NCBI GenBank assembly: GCA_963730185.1 | Contig: CAVSQW010000014.1 | Location: forward strand, 64,001 to 128,000 | DNA length: 64,000 bases | Direction of reading: 5' to 3' | Origin: an uncultured Gemmatimonadales bacterium | GTDB taxonomy: Bacteria > Gemmatimonadota > Gemmatimonadetes > Gemmatimonadales > GWC2-71-9 | Shown here: positions 22,221 through 30,943 of the stretch, in pieces | Layout of the letters: the number at the start of each line of letters is the position of its first letter | Numbering within the stretch: the stretch's first letter is position 1 | Program-made: the position numbers and the translations under genes | Notes under the pieces: model-generated | Seen by the model: the letters and a program-made list of their open reading frames with translations, nothing else | What the model was told of the DNA's origin: nothing | Database searches by the model: none

Positions 22221-22372
22221 TGATTGGTGACTCGTGAGTAGGGAATTAGGGAATAGGGAGTGAGTAGGGAAAGGGGGTACGGAGACGAGAGCGATCGTCG
22301 ATTGACCACCCCTACTCACTCCCTACTCCCTACTCACTCCCTATCCACCATTCACGACTCACCACTCACTAG
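22220..22372. repeat. heptamer-repeat inverted array (G[T/G]GA[G/C]TN)n ... reverse complement
   Basis: Left arm GTGATTG GTGACTC GTGAGTA GGGAATTA GGGAATA GGGA GTGAGTA; right arm CCCTACTCAC TCCCTACTCCC TACTCAC...GACTCAC CACTCAC. Confidence 0.85.
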
Positions 22373-23109
22373 TCATTTCCCCCCACCAGCAGCCTCACCA
22401 GGTCAGACCCTTTACCGTCGCTGGCCTTGAGGGAGACGCCGCCGTCGTTGGCGTCCAGCTGGAAGAGGGCCTTGCCGTTCTCGTCGCGGATGTCGATCAG
22501 TGCCCGGCCGTCGCCGGCGTGGATGCTCACGGTGCCGCGCTGGTGCTTGCCGTGTCGGACGTCGAGGTCGAAGCTGGCCTGGCCGTCGACCGACTTGCCG
22601 TCGTTCGAGGTCAGATCGGCTTTGAGGCTCCGGACGTCGGAGCGCTCCAGCCGGCGGCGGTCTCGCGACGACACGTAGAGCGGCCGCACCAGGTCTCCCG
22701 GCTGGAACTCGACTTGGCCGATCTGGGTGAGGTTCTCGTCGTCGACGTCCGAGGGCGAGACGCACCGGAACCGGGCGTCGTCCTTGGGACGGGACATCCC
22801 GTCGCCTGCGATGCCGCAGTCCTTCAGATTGCCGGCGGCCGCAGCGTCGTCGAGCGTGACCATCAGATGGACGGCCTCGGTGCCCCACGACCCGTCACTG
22901 TTCACGTTGACCGCCCGGACCTCACCGATGCGCTTGCCGTCCAGCCGGAACCGAAGCACCCCGAGTGGGCCGCGCAGGGCTTCGGCGACCGGAGTTGCGG
23001 CCGCCGTCTTGAGCTCGTGCAAGCCCTTCTTGCCCAAGGTGATGCCGGTCATCCCCACGCCAAATACCGCCAGCGCGCCGGCGCCGATTCCGAGCCAGTA
23101 GCGGTTCAT
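22369..23109 (-). CDS. hypothetical exported protein
   Basis: RBS GGGGAGG; N-terminal TM helix; codon usage like neighbouring genes. Confidence 0.7.
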   Translation of the reverse strand: MNRYWLGIGAGALAVFGVGMTGITLGKKGLHELKTAAATPVAEALRGPLGVLRFRLDGKRIGEVRAVNVNSDGSWGTEAVHLMVTLDDAAAAGNLKDCGIAGDGMSRPKDDARFRCVSPSDVDDENLTQIGQVEFQPGDLVRPLYVSSRDRRRLERSDVRSLKADLTSNDGKSVDGQASFDLDVRHGKHQRGTVSIHAGDGRALIDIRDENGKALFQLDANDGGVSLKASDGKGSDLVRLLVGGND

Positions 23110-23204
23110 CTCGACCTCCCCAAAGATATGGAGCGAGCGACCCACCCCGGTCCGCTCAGCCCGACACTACGAGCCTGAGCGCGTCCAGTTTCAGAGTGAG
23201 ACGG

Positions 23205-23606
23205 CTACTCGTGGCCTTTCGGCCGGAGCGCCAAGTCCATCGCCAGGAAGAGGGTCTTCGACACCGGATAGAAGAGCAGGGGCATCAAGAGGACCAGCCC
23301 CGCGCCCCCGTACATCAGGCCGTCCCAGGGTGGATCGGGCCAGGTGGTGACCACGACGGCCAGGCCGAGGGCCACCACCGCCAGCTCGGCCACCACGATG
23401 TTGAGCATGTAGGCGCCCACGATGTAGCCGCTCTCGCGCCGTTCGAATTCCAGACCACATCGGGGGCAGTGGTCGACCATCCGGAACCATCCCCGGAAGA
23501 GGCCGCCCTGCCCGCAGTTCGGGCAGCGGAGGCGGATCGCCCGCCCGACGAGGCGGGCGGTCCGGGCCACCGATGGCCGGTCGGGAGCGGGTCGGTCAGC
23601 GGCCAC
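23205..23606 (-). CDS. DUF983-like zinc-ribbon membrane protein
   Basis: 'RCPNCGQGGLF...CPRCG', two TM helices, 'FYPVSKTLFLAMD'. Confidence 0.8.
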   Translation of the reverse strand: MAADRPAPDRPSVARTARLVGRAIRLRCPNCGQGGLFRGWFRMVDHCPRCGLEFERRESGYIVGAYMLNIVVAELAVVALGLAVVVTTWPDPPWDGLMYGGAGLVLLMPLLFYPVSKTLFLAMDLALRPKGHE

Positions 23607-24256
23607 GGTTGCCGAGGTAGATAGCCGAGGCCGGCGTGCAGGTGGAGCGCCGCGTTCGGGACGTTGGCGTGGCCGTCGAGGACGGGGACCTTGATGTACG
23701 AGGCCGAGACCCGGGCATCGAGGCTCAGCACGAGCCCGTCGACCAGCGGGAACTCGCGGGTGGCCATGGCGATGATGCTGCCGCCGCTCAGATGGTATCC
23801 GCCGACCCCGTTGTCGTGCCGGTACTCCTTGCCGCGGATGGTGCTGATGGGAAAGGTGACCACCGGTCCGGCGCCGACGCTCCAGGTGAAGTGGTCCCGT
23901 CGAAACGCCCGGCTCAGGCTGAAGATGTTGAAGCCGTTGGTGATCCGGAACGTCCCAACCTCTGACGGCGGGTTGTCGAGATAGATCTTGTGGTGGGTGT
24001 GGTCCACCCGCCACCCGTGGTTGCCCTTCCAGTATCCGATCCGCCAGGCGTAGTACCAGGTCGGCCGGGTGGGCTGGGTGGACCAGTGGGCGGTAAAATG
24101 GAGATCCGGCTGGCCAGCCTGGGTGATGGTGATCGGCAACGGGGCGCTCACCGACGAGCCGAAGAACAGCTGGGCTTCGAGTCGACGTTGAGCGGCGGCT
24201 GGTCGCACGACGAGCGCGCCGAGCCCGATCAGAAGCAGGGAGGGATGTCGGATCAT
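23596..24256 (-). CDS. putative outer-membrane beta-barrel protein; 3' end uncertain (possible +1 error near 23620)
   Basis: Signal peptide ending AAAQ; 'YYAWRIG', 'HHKIYL', 'ITNGFN', 'ALHLHAGLG'. As sequenced, the ORF reads through DUF983 to 23315. Confidence 0.6.
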
Positions 24257-24329
24257 GGCGAGAATGATAGAAGCGGGTGGCTCGTCCCGGCACGTTGCCG
24301 GCCATTTGGCGTCCCGGTATACTCAAAAA

Positions 24330-25211
24330 ATGTCTTCAAAGTTCTGGGGCGCGGTCGGGGCGGTGCTGCTGACGTCTGCGTGCGCGGCGCCTCCGGCCGC
24401 GCCGAAGCCCGATTCCGCCATGGTGGCGACGGCGGCGCCGGCGGCGTTCCGCGTGCCGGACGATGGCGAGATCCCATCGGGTCCGCTCGGCCAGTCGATC
24501 CGGCGGGGTCGCGCGATGTTGGCCGCGACCGGTGACAGTCTTCCGGCCAACGTGGGCAACGATCTCCGCTGTCTCAGCTGCCATCTCGACGCAGGAACCC
24601 GGCCCGGCGCCTCACCTTGGGTCGGGGTCTACAGCCGGTTCCCGCAGTATCGGTCCCGAGGCGCCCGGGTCATCACCATTGAGGACCGGGTGAACGGGTG
24701 TTTCCAGCGGAGCATGAACGGCAAGCCGCTCGCGGTGGGCGGCCGGGACATGACGGACATCGTGGCCTACCTCGCCTTTCTCTCGCGGGGGATTGCCCCT
24801 CCGGGCGAGGTGCCGGGGCAGGGCTTTCGGAAGGTCGGTCCACTCCCGGGCGACTCGGCCCGCGGCCACCTGGTGTTCGTGGGCCAGTGCGTTCGCTGCC
24901 ACGGTGCCGACGGCGCGGGGTTGCCCAACCCGGACCCGAAGGCCGAGCCGGCGCGGTATCCGCCGCTCTGGGGCCCCCGGTCGTTCAACATCGGCGCGGG
25001 CATGGCCCGGCTCCGGACGGCCGCCTCGTTCATCCGCTACAACATGCCGTTCGATCGTCCGGGCACGCTGACGGACCAGGAGGCGTACGACGTCGCCGCA
25101 TACCTGGTCTCGCGGCCGCGGCCGGATTTTCGGGGCAAGGAGAACGACTGGCCTCGCGGTGACGCCCCGCCCGACGCCGCCTATCGGACCAAGGCTCGGA
25201 AGGCGCGGTGA
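24330..25211 (+). CDS. tsdA: TsdA-like diheme cytochrome c (thiosulfate dehydrogenase/tetrathionate reductase family), lipoprotein
   Basis: CLSCH and CVRCH haem sites; 'RVNGCFQRSMNG' with the haem-ligating Cys; 'PPLWG..SFNIGAGM', 'NMP'. Confidence 0.8.
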   Translation: MSSKFWGAVGAVLLTSACAAPPAAPKPDSAMVATAAPAAFRVPDDGEIPSGPLGQSIRRGRAMLAATGDSLPANVGNDLRCLSCHLDAGTRPGASPWVGVYSRFPQYRSRGARVITIEDRVNGCFQRSMNGKPLAVGGRDMTDIVAYLAFLSRGIAPPGEVPGQGFRKVGPLPGDSARGHLVFVGQCVRCHGADGAGLPNPDPKAEPARYPPLWGPRSFNIGAGMARLRTAASFIRYNMPFDRPGTLTDQEAYDVAAYLVSRPRPDFRGKENDWPRGDAPPDAAYRTKARKAR

Positions 25212-25212
25212 G

Positions 25213-25608
25213 TTAGTCGCGGCCCTTCCAGCGCTCGATGGCCCGGCGCTGCTTCTTGGTTGGGCGGCCGGCGCCCTCGTAGAAGATCGGATTCTGCAAC
25301 TTGAGCCGCTCGGCGAGCGCCTGCCGGGCGGCTTTGCTTTCGGGGGTTTCCTGGTAGAGCCGGGCCGCTTCGGCGGCCGAGCCCCGGCGTTCGGCCAGAC
25401 CAGTGACGGTGACCCGGTGGTGGTAGGGACCGAGGCGGAGGGCGACGTGATCGCCGACCCGGATCGGCTTGCTCCGTTTGGCCGCGCCATCGTTGACGTC
25501 CACCCGGCCGCCGTCGACGGCCTCGGCCGCGAGCGTGCGGGTCTTGAAGAACCGCGCCGCCCAGAGCCAGGTGTCCAGGCGGACACGGTCCGGAGGGGGC
25601 CCGCGCAT
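25213..25608 (-). CDS. hslR: ribosome-associated heat shock protein Hsp15 (S4 domain)
   Basis: 'RLDTWLWAARFFKTR', 'GRPTKKQRR'. Confidence 0.9.
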   Translation of the reverse strand: MRGPPPDRVRLDTWLWAARFFKTRTLAAEAVDGGRVDVNDGAAKRSKPIRVGDHVALRLGPYHHRVTVTGLAERRGSAAEAARLYQETPESKAARQALAERLKLQNPIFYEGAGRPTKKQRRAIERWKGRD

Positions 25609-25611
25609 CGG

Positions 25612-26334
25612 TCAGATCCGGCTCCGGGCGGGGGCGTAGCCCAGGGCGCCGTTGAGCCAGCGAACCAGCGGTGCCAGTCGCTCGAAGTCCCGGCGGAGGG
25701 TCGCGACCAGCCGGCGCGACCCGACCTGTGCGTCGGTCAGGGGGGCACCGGCCGTGAACGACTGGAACTTGAGCCAATCGGCCGCCGGGTGGTCGGGCGC
25801 GAAGCCGCGGGGGGGCCGGGTCAAACGGGCGCTCGGGTCGAGTGGGCCGAACCGGCGCCGGAACGCGGGCGTCATCACGATTCGTTCGAGCGCCTTGGGA
25901 TGCTCGGCGATCGCCTCGCGGATCCGGGTCAGGGGGCCTCGGGCCGGCATCCAGATGCCGCCGGCTACGAAGCAGGCGCCGGGCTCGAGGTGGAAGTAGA
26001 AGCCGGCACCGCCGCCGTCGGCATCCTGGCCGACTTTCTTCCCCGCGTCGCGGTGATAGAACCAGCACCCCGCCTGGGTCTTGTAGGGCGACTTGTCGGG
26101 GGAGAACCGGATGTCGCGATTGATGCGAAACATGGAACGGCGAGGGTCTCCGACGATCTCGGGTGTGACGCTCGCGAGCTCCACGTCCATCGCCTCGATC
26201 AGCGCCCGCATGGGGTGGCGGACCTCGCCCTCGTAGATCGGCCGGTTGGCCTCGAACCAGGGCTTCTTGTTGTTCCGGGCCAGGCCCCGGAAGAAGCGAA
26301 ACGCAGCGGGGCGGAACCCCGTGAACTCGGCCAT
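25612..26334 (-). CDS. DUF2461 (TIGR02453-like) protein
   Basis: 'NNKKPWFEANR', 'FRINRDIRFSPDKSPYKT', 'GFYFHLEP'. Confidence 0.88.
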   Translation of the reverse strand: MAEFTGFRPAAFRFFRGLARNNKKPWFEANRPIYEGEVRHPMRALIEAMDVELASVTPEIVGDPRRSMFRINRDIRFSPDKSPYKTQAGCWFYHRDAGKKVGQDADGGGAGFYFHLEPGACFVAGGIWMPARGPLTRIREAIAEHPKALERIVMTPAFRRRFGPLDPSARLTRPPRGFAPDHPAADWLKFQSFTAGAPLTDAQVGSRRLVATLRRDFERLAPLVRWLNGALGYAPARSRI

Positions 26335-26415
26335 CTCGACCCCCGTCGACCGTGGTATGCGACCCGAGAGGGAATTAAGTTGCGGAGACCCTCGTGAGCC
26401 AGACCTAACGCCTCG

Positions 26416-28135
26416 ATGACCGAATCCGCCCCGCCGGAGGTCCACCCCACGCCGCCACCCGGCGCGCCGGGGGGCGTGGGCGGCGGCCTGCCCGACGCGC
26501 GCGTCGGGCTGCCCAGTTTCCAGACGCTGCTCCGCTGGCTCCTGCTCGGGCGGACGGTGCTGGCCGTCACGACGCTGGTGCAGGCGGCGTTGGCCCTCCA
26601 GGCCTCGGAGGAGTTCGCCTTCTTCGCGATCATCACGGTGGTGCTGGCCCTGGCGGTGACTGCCTACGGGGCCTACACCGTGTTCGTCCGCCGGATTCGG
26701 CCGGGCCTGGGCTTCCTCCAGAGCCAGGCGGCGATGGACCTGCTGCTGGTCACTGCGTTGGTTCATTTCGCCGGCGCGCACCAGAGTGGCTGGGCCGCGC
26801 TCTACGTGCTGGTCATCGCGATGTATGCGCTCCTGATGCCGCTCCGTTCGGGGCTGGTCATGGCGCTCTTCGGCGCGACCCTCTTCCTGGCCGACGCCAC
26901 GTTCGCCCAGCCCACCCGCCCGCCGGCGGCCGGGCTCTGGGGCCAGGTGGCGGTCTTCACCATCGTTTTCGTGGTCGTGGCCTTTCTGGGGCAGCGACTC
27001 CGGGCCGCGGCGGCCGAGCAGTCGCAGCTCGAGACCGAGCTGGAGCAGGTCCGGCTCGAAGCGGACGAGATTCTCCGGAACATCCGTTCCGGCGTCATGA
27101 CGGTCGACGGGCGAGGCAACCTGGCCTTCATCAATCCGACGGCCGAGCAGTTGCTGGGCCTCAGCGCCGACCAGCTGGGCGAGCCGATCATGGCCGACCT
27201 GGCGCGGCGGGCCCCCGAGCTGCACGGGGCGGTCCAGGTGGCGGATCCAGCGCCGCCGCCGGCTGGCCCGGGCCGAGGGGCGGGTGATCCGCCCCGACGG
27301 GCGCTCCTTTCCGATCGGCCTGAGCACCACGACCTTCGAGCGGGAAGCGGAGCCGTTGCCGTCGGTCACGGCGATCTTCACCGACATCTCCGACCTCCAG
27401 CATCTCCAGGAGCTGCACCTCCGGGCCGAGCGCCTCGAGGCGGTCGCCGCGCTCTCCGCCTCGCTCGCGCACGAGATCCGGAATCCGTTGGCGTCGATCC
27501 GAAGCGCGGTGGAGCAGCTGACCCGGTCGTCGAGCGCCGACGCCGACGAGCGGCTCCTGGGGGAGCTGGTGCTCCGGGAGAGCGATCGGCTGAGCCGGCT
27601 GCTGGGCGAGTTTCTGGACTTCGCCCGGGTGCGGGCGAACAAGTTCCAGGTGGTGAATGTGCGGGGCATCGTCGACGACGCGGCCCGCCTGGTCCGCGAG
27701 CATCCCGACTGCGCCCCCGGGGTCCGGGTCACCGTGGAGGGGGAGCCGCTCCTGATCCAGGGCGACGAGGACCTGCTCCACCGGGTGGTGTGGAACCTGA
27801 TGCTGAACGCCGCCCAGGCGCTGAAGCCGAAGGGGAACATCCGGGTGGTCGTGGACCAGCCCAACGCGGCCGACTTGCCCCGAGGCGCGGAATTCGACCC
27901 GGCCGTCCGGCTCCGGGTCATCGACGACGGTCCCGGGATCGACCCGGACCTGCGGGAGCGCCTGTTCCAGCCCTTTGTGTCGGGGCGCTCGGGGGGAAGC
28001 GGCTTGGGTCTTGCAATCGTCCAGCGCGCGGTCGAGGCGCATCGAGGGCTGGTGCTCGTCGACTCTGCCCCGGGGCGGGGGACTACATTTACCATTCTGC
28101 TCCACGCGAAGGCTCCGACGGAGGACGCCGCATGA
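26416..28135 (+). CDS. pilS: PilS-like membrane PAS histidine kinase, apparent frameshift near 27244
   Basis: About 6 TM helices, PAS 'NIRSGVMTVD...FINPTAE', H-box 'LAHEIRNPL', 'DDGPGI', 'GSGLGLAIV'; upstream of pilR and the pilins. Confidence 0.8.
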
Positions 28136-29511
28136 CCCAACAACCCTCGATTCTCATCGTCGACGACGAGTCGGGGATTCTGGACACGCTGCGAATTCTG
28201 CTGCGCAAGGAGGGCTTCGAGGTCACCACCGCCCAGGGCGGGAAGGCCGGCCTCGAACAGATCCGCTCGGGCAATCACGACATCGTGCTCACCGACGTCC
28301 GGATGCCGCAGGTCAGCGGGCTCGACATCCTGCAAGCCGCCAAGGACCAGGATTCGATGACCCCGGTGATCCTGATGACGGCTCAGGCCTCGCTGCAGAC
28401 GGCCGTGGCCGCGGTGAACGCCGGCGCCTTCTACTACGTCCAGAAGCCCTTCTCCAACGACGAGCTGCTGGTGATCCTGCGCCGGGCCTGCGAGTACCGG
28501 CAGATCCGGGTCGAGAACCGGCTCCTCAAGCAGGACATCCGGCGCCGAAGCGACCGGCCCACCGTCTCCCGGCCGATCGGCAAGTCGCGCCGGTTCATGG
28601 ACTCGCTCCGGCTGGCGGAGGTGGTGGCCCCGACCGATTCGACGGTCCTGATCCAGGGCGAGAGCGGGACCGGCAAGGAGGTCATTGCCCGGTTCATCCA
28701 CAACTCGTCGACCCGGGCCGATGGGCCCTTCCTCTCCATCAACTGCGGCGCCTTGCCCGAGAACCTCCTCGAGAGCGAGCTCTTCGGCCACGTGAAGGGG
28801 TCCTTTACCGGGGCGGTCCGTGACAAGCAGGGCCTCTTCGCGGCCGCCCGGGGCGGCACCTTCTTCATGGACGAAGTCGGCGAGATGCCGCCCTCGCTCC
28901 AGATCAAGCTCCTCCGCGTCCTTCAGGAGCGCGAGGTGATTCCGGTGGGTGCCACCGAGGCGATCCCGGTGGACGTCCGGATCATCGCCGCTACCAACCG
29001 GGACGTCGAGGAGGAGGTCCGCCGGGGTCATTTCCGGTCGGACCTCTTCTATCGCCTGAACGTGATCGCGCTGGAGCTGCCGCCGCTCCGGGAGCGGCGG
29101 GACGATCTGGTCCTGCTGATCGACGCCTTTCTGGGCGACCTGGCGGCCGAGCGCGAGTCGGCGCCCAAGGCCCTGTCGTCCGAGGCCCTCGACGCGGTGA
29201 TGGTGTACGACTGGCCGGGCAACGTCCGGGAACTCCAGAACGCGCTGGAGCATGCCGTGGTGCTCAGCAAGGCCGACGTGATCGAGCCGGGCGCGCTGCC
29301 CGAGCGGATCACCCGGCGTCGGAAGGAGCCGCTGGTGGCCGAGCGCTCTTCGCCCAACCCGTCGCTGGAGGTGATCGAGCGGGCCTACATCATGTGGGTG
29401 CTCCAGGCCGAGGGCGGCAACAAGACCCGGGCGGCGGAGGTGTTGGGGATCGATCCCTCCACCCTCTATCGGAAGCTGTCCCGCTACGAAGAGCAGGCCG
29501 CGAATGCCTGA
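28132..29511 (+). CDS. pilR: sigma54-dependent response regulator, PilR-like
   Basis: Receiver 'IVDDE...LTDVRMP', Walker A GESGTGKE, 'GSFTGA', 'WPGNVRELQN', Fis HTH. Confidence 0.85.
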   Translation: MTQQPSILIVDDESGILDTLRILLRKEGFEVTTAQGGKAGLEQIRSGNHDIVLTDVRMPQVSGLDILQAAKDQDSMTPVILMTAQASLQTAVAAVNAGAFYYVQKPFSNDELLVILRRACEYRQIRVENRLLKQDIRRRSDRPTVSRPIGKSRRFMDSLRLAEVVAPTDSTVLIQGESGTGKEVIARFIHNSSTRADGPFLSINCGALPENLLESELFGHVKGSFTGAVRDKQGLFAAARGGTFFMDEVGEMPPSLQIKLLRVLQEREVIPVGATEAIPVDVRIIAATNRDVEEEVRRGHFRSDLFYRLNVIALELPPLRERRDDLVLLIDAFLGDLAAERESAPKALSSEALDAVMVYDWPGNVRELQNALEHAVVLSKADVIEPGALPERITRRRKEPLVAERSSPNPSLEVIERAYIMWVLQAEGGNKTRAAEVLGIDPSTLYRKLSRYEEQAANA

Positions 29512-30229
29512 GTCGGTGGTCCCGGGCGACGCGGCCGGCGCCGAGACCCTGGAGATCATGGCCGCGGCGCCCAGGTTCAACGCCTGGATGTACGCGACCG
29601 TGGCACCCTACCTGGGCCGGCGGGTCCTGGAAGTCGGCTCAGGGATCGGCAACATGTCGGCCCACATTCTCGGGGCCGACCCCGAGCAGCTGGTGCTCAC
29701 CGATACCGACGCCTGGTATCGCGACCAGCTCCGCCAACGTTTCGAGGGGCGGGCCGAGGTCCGGGTCGATCATCTGACTCTGCCCGATCCGACGGCCCGC
29801 GCTCGGTTCGCCGACGACCGGATCGACACCATCATCGCCCTCAACGTGGTGGAGCACATCGAGCAGGACGTGGCCGCCCTTCGGACCATGCGCGAGGTGC
29901 TGGTCGACGGCGGACGGATCGTGATCCTGGTCCCGGCGCTCCAGGCCCTCTACGGCGAGATGGACCGCGAGCTGGGCCACTTCCGGCGCTACAGTCGGCG
30001 GAGCTTGACCGACACCTTCGCCCAGGCCGGGTTCCGGGTGGATCGGATGACCTGGTTCAACCGGGCCGGCGTGCCCGGCTGGTGGTTCAACGGCCGGGTC
30101 CGCAAGGTCAAGCGGATCCCGGTCGACCAGCTCCGGACCTTCGACGCCCTGGTGCCGCTTTTTCGGATCGAGCGCTTCCTGCCTCTTCCCTTCGGACAGT
30201 CTCTCATCGCGGTGGGCTCCCCGGCATGA
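29504..30229 (+). CDS. class I SAM-dependent methyltransferase
   Basis: 'VLEVGSGIG', 'NVVEHIEQD', 'GHFRRY'. Confidence 0.88.
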   Translation: MPESVVPGDAAGAETLEIMAAAPRFNAWMYATVAPYLGRRVLEVGSGIGNMSAHILGADPEQLVLTDTDAWYRDQLRQRFEGRAEVRVDHLTLPDPTARARFADDRIDTIIALNVVEHIEQDVAALRTMREVLVDGGRIVILVPALQALYGEMDRELGHFRRYSRRSLTDTFAQAGFRVDRMTWFNRAGVPGWWFNGRVRKVKRIPVDQLRTFDALVPLFRIERFLPLPFGQSLIAVGSPA

Positions 30230-30942
30230 TCGATCTGCCCAAGCTGAGCGTCATCGTCCCGGTCTACAACGAGAAGGCCACCCTCCGAGCGGTGATCGAC
30301 CAGCTGCACGCCGTGCCGCTCCCGATGGAGATCATCGCGGTCAACGACCGGTCCACCGACGGCAGCGACGCCATCCTCGACGAGCTCAAGGAGCAGGGCT
30401 TGGTCGACGTCCTGATCCACCAGCCGGTGAACCGCGGGAAGGGGTGCGCCATCCGGACCGGCATCGCCGCCGCCACCGGCGACGTGGTGGTGATTCAGGA
30501 TGCGGACCTGGAATACGACCCCAACGAGTTCGGCCGGTTGGTGAGTCCGATCATGGAGGGCAAGGCCGACGCGGTGTTCGGCTCTCGGTTCCTGGGCGGC
30601 GACCACCGGGTGCTCTATTTCTGGCACTCGATCGGCAACCGGCTGCTCACCCTGGTCTCCAACATGTTCACGAACGTCAACCTCACGGACATGGAGACCT
30701 GCTACAAGATGGTTCGGGCGCCGATCATGAAGTCGTTGATCCTCACCACCGACCGGTTCGGGTTCGAGCCCGAGCTCACCGCCCGCCTGGCCCAGGCCCG
30801 GGCCCGGATCTGGGAAATCCCGATCTCCTACTCCGGCCGGACCTACGAGGAAGGCAAGAAGATCGGCTGGAAGGACGGGGTGGCGGCGTTCTTCCACATC
30901 GTCCGGTTCAACCTGTTCCCGCCGAAGCGCCCCCGGACCTGA
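30226..30942 (+). CDS. GT2 glycosyltransferase, DPM1-like (polyprenyl-phosphate sugar synthase)
   Basis: 'IVPVYNE', 'NRGKG', 'IQDADLEY', 'VFGSRF', 'TDMETCYK', '[12 protein letters not shown]'. Confidence 0.9.
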   Translation: MIDLPKLSVIVPVYNEKATLRAVIDQLHAVPLPMEIIAVNDRSTDGSDAILDELKEQGLVDVLIHQPVNRGKGCAIRTGIAAATGDVVVIQDADLEYDPNEFGRLVSPIMEGKADAVFGSRFLGGDHRVLYFWHSIGNRLLTLVSNMFTNVNLTDMETCYKMVRAPIMKSLILTTDRFGFEPELTARLAQARARIWEIPISYSGRTYEEGKKIGWKDGVAAFFHIVRFNLFPPKRPRT

Positions 30943-30943
30943 G

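Noticed and set aside
22220..22372. CRISPR array (also considered at 49839 and 63221)
   Set aside because: Units are degenerate 7-mers without unique spacers, and no cas genes are present.
26416..29511. 1031-aa PilS-PilR fusion in the ORF track
   Set aside because: Artefact of the frameshift near 27244; the kinase core is in another frame and pilR has its own RBS and ATG at 28132.
25612..29580. Very long antisense ORFs (e.g. 1322 aa here, 1079 aa at 50454-53693, 877 aa at 40849-43482)
   Set aside because: Shadow frames of real genes in high-GC DNA; only the 3' part 25612-26334 (DUF2461) is a real gene.
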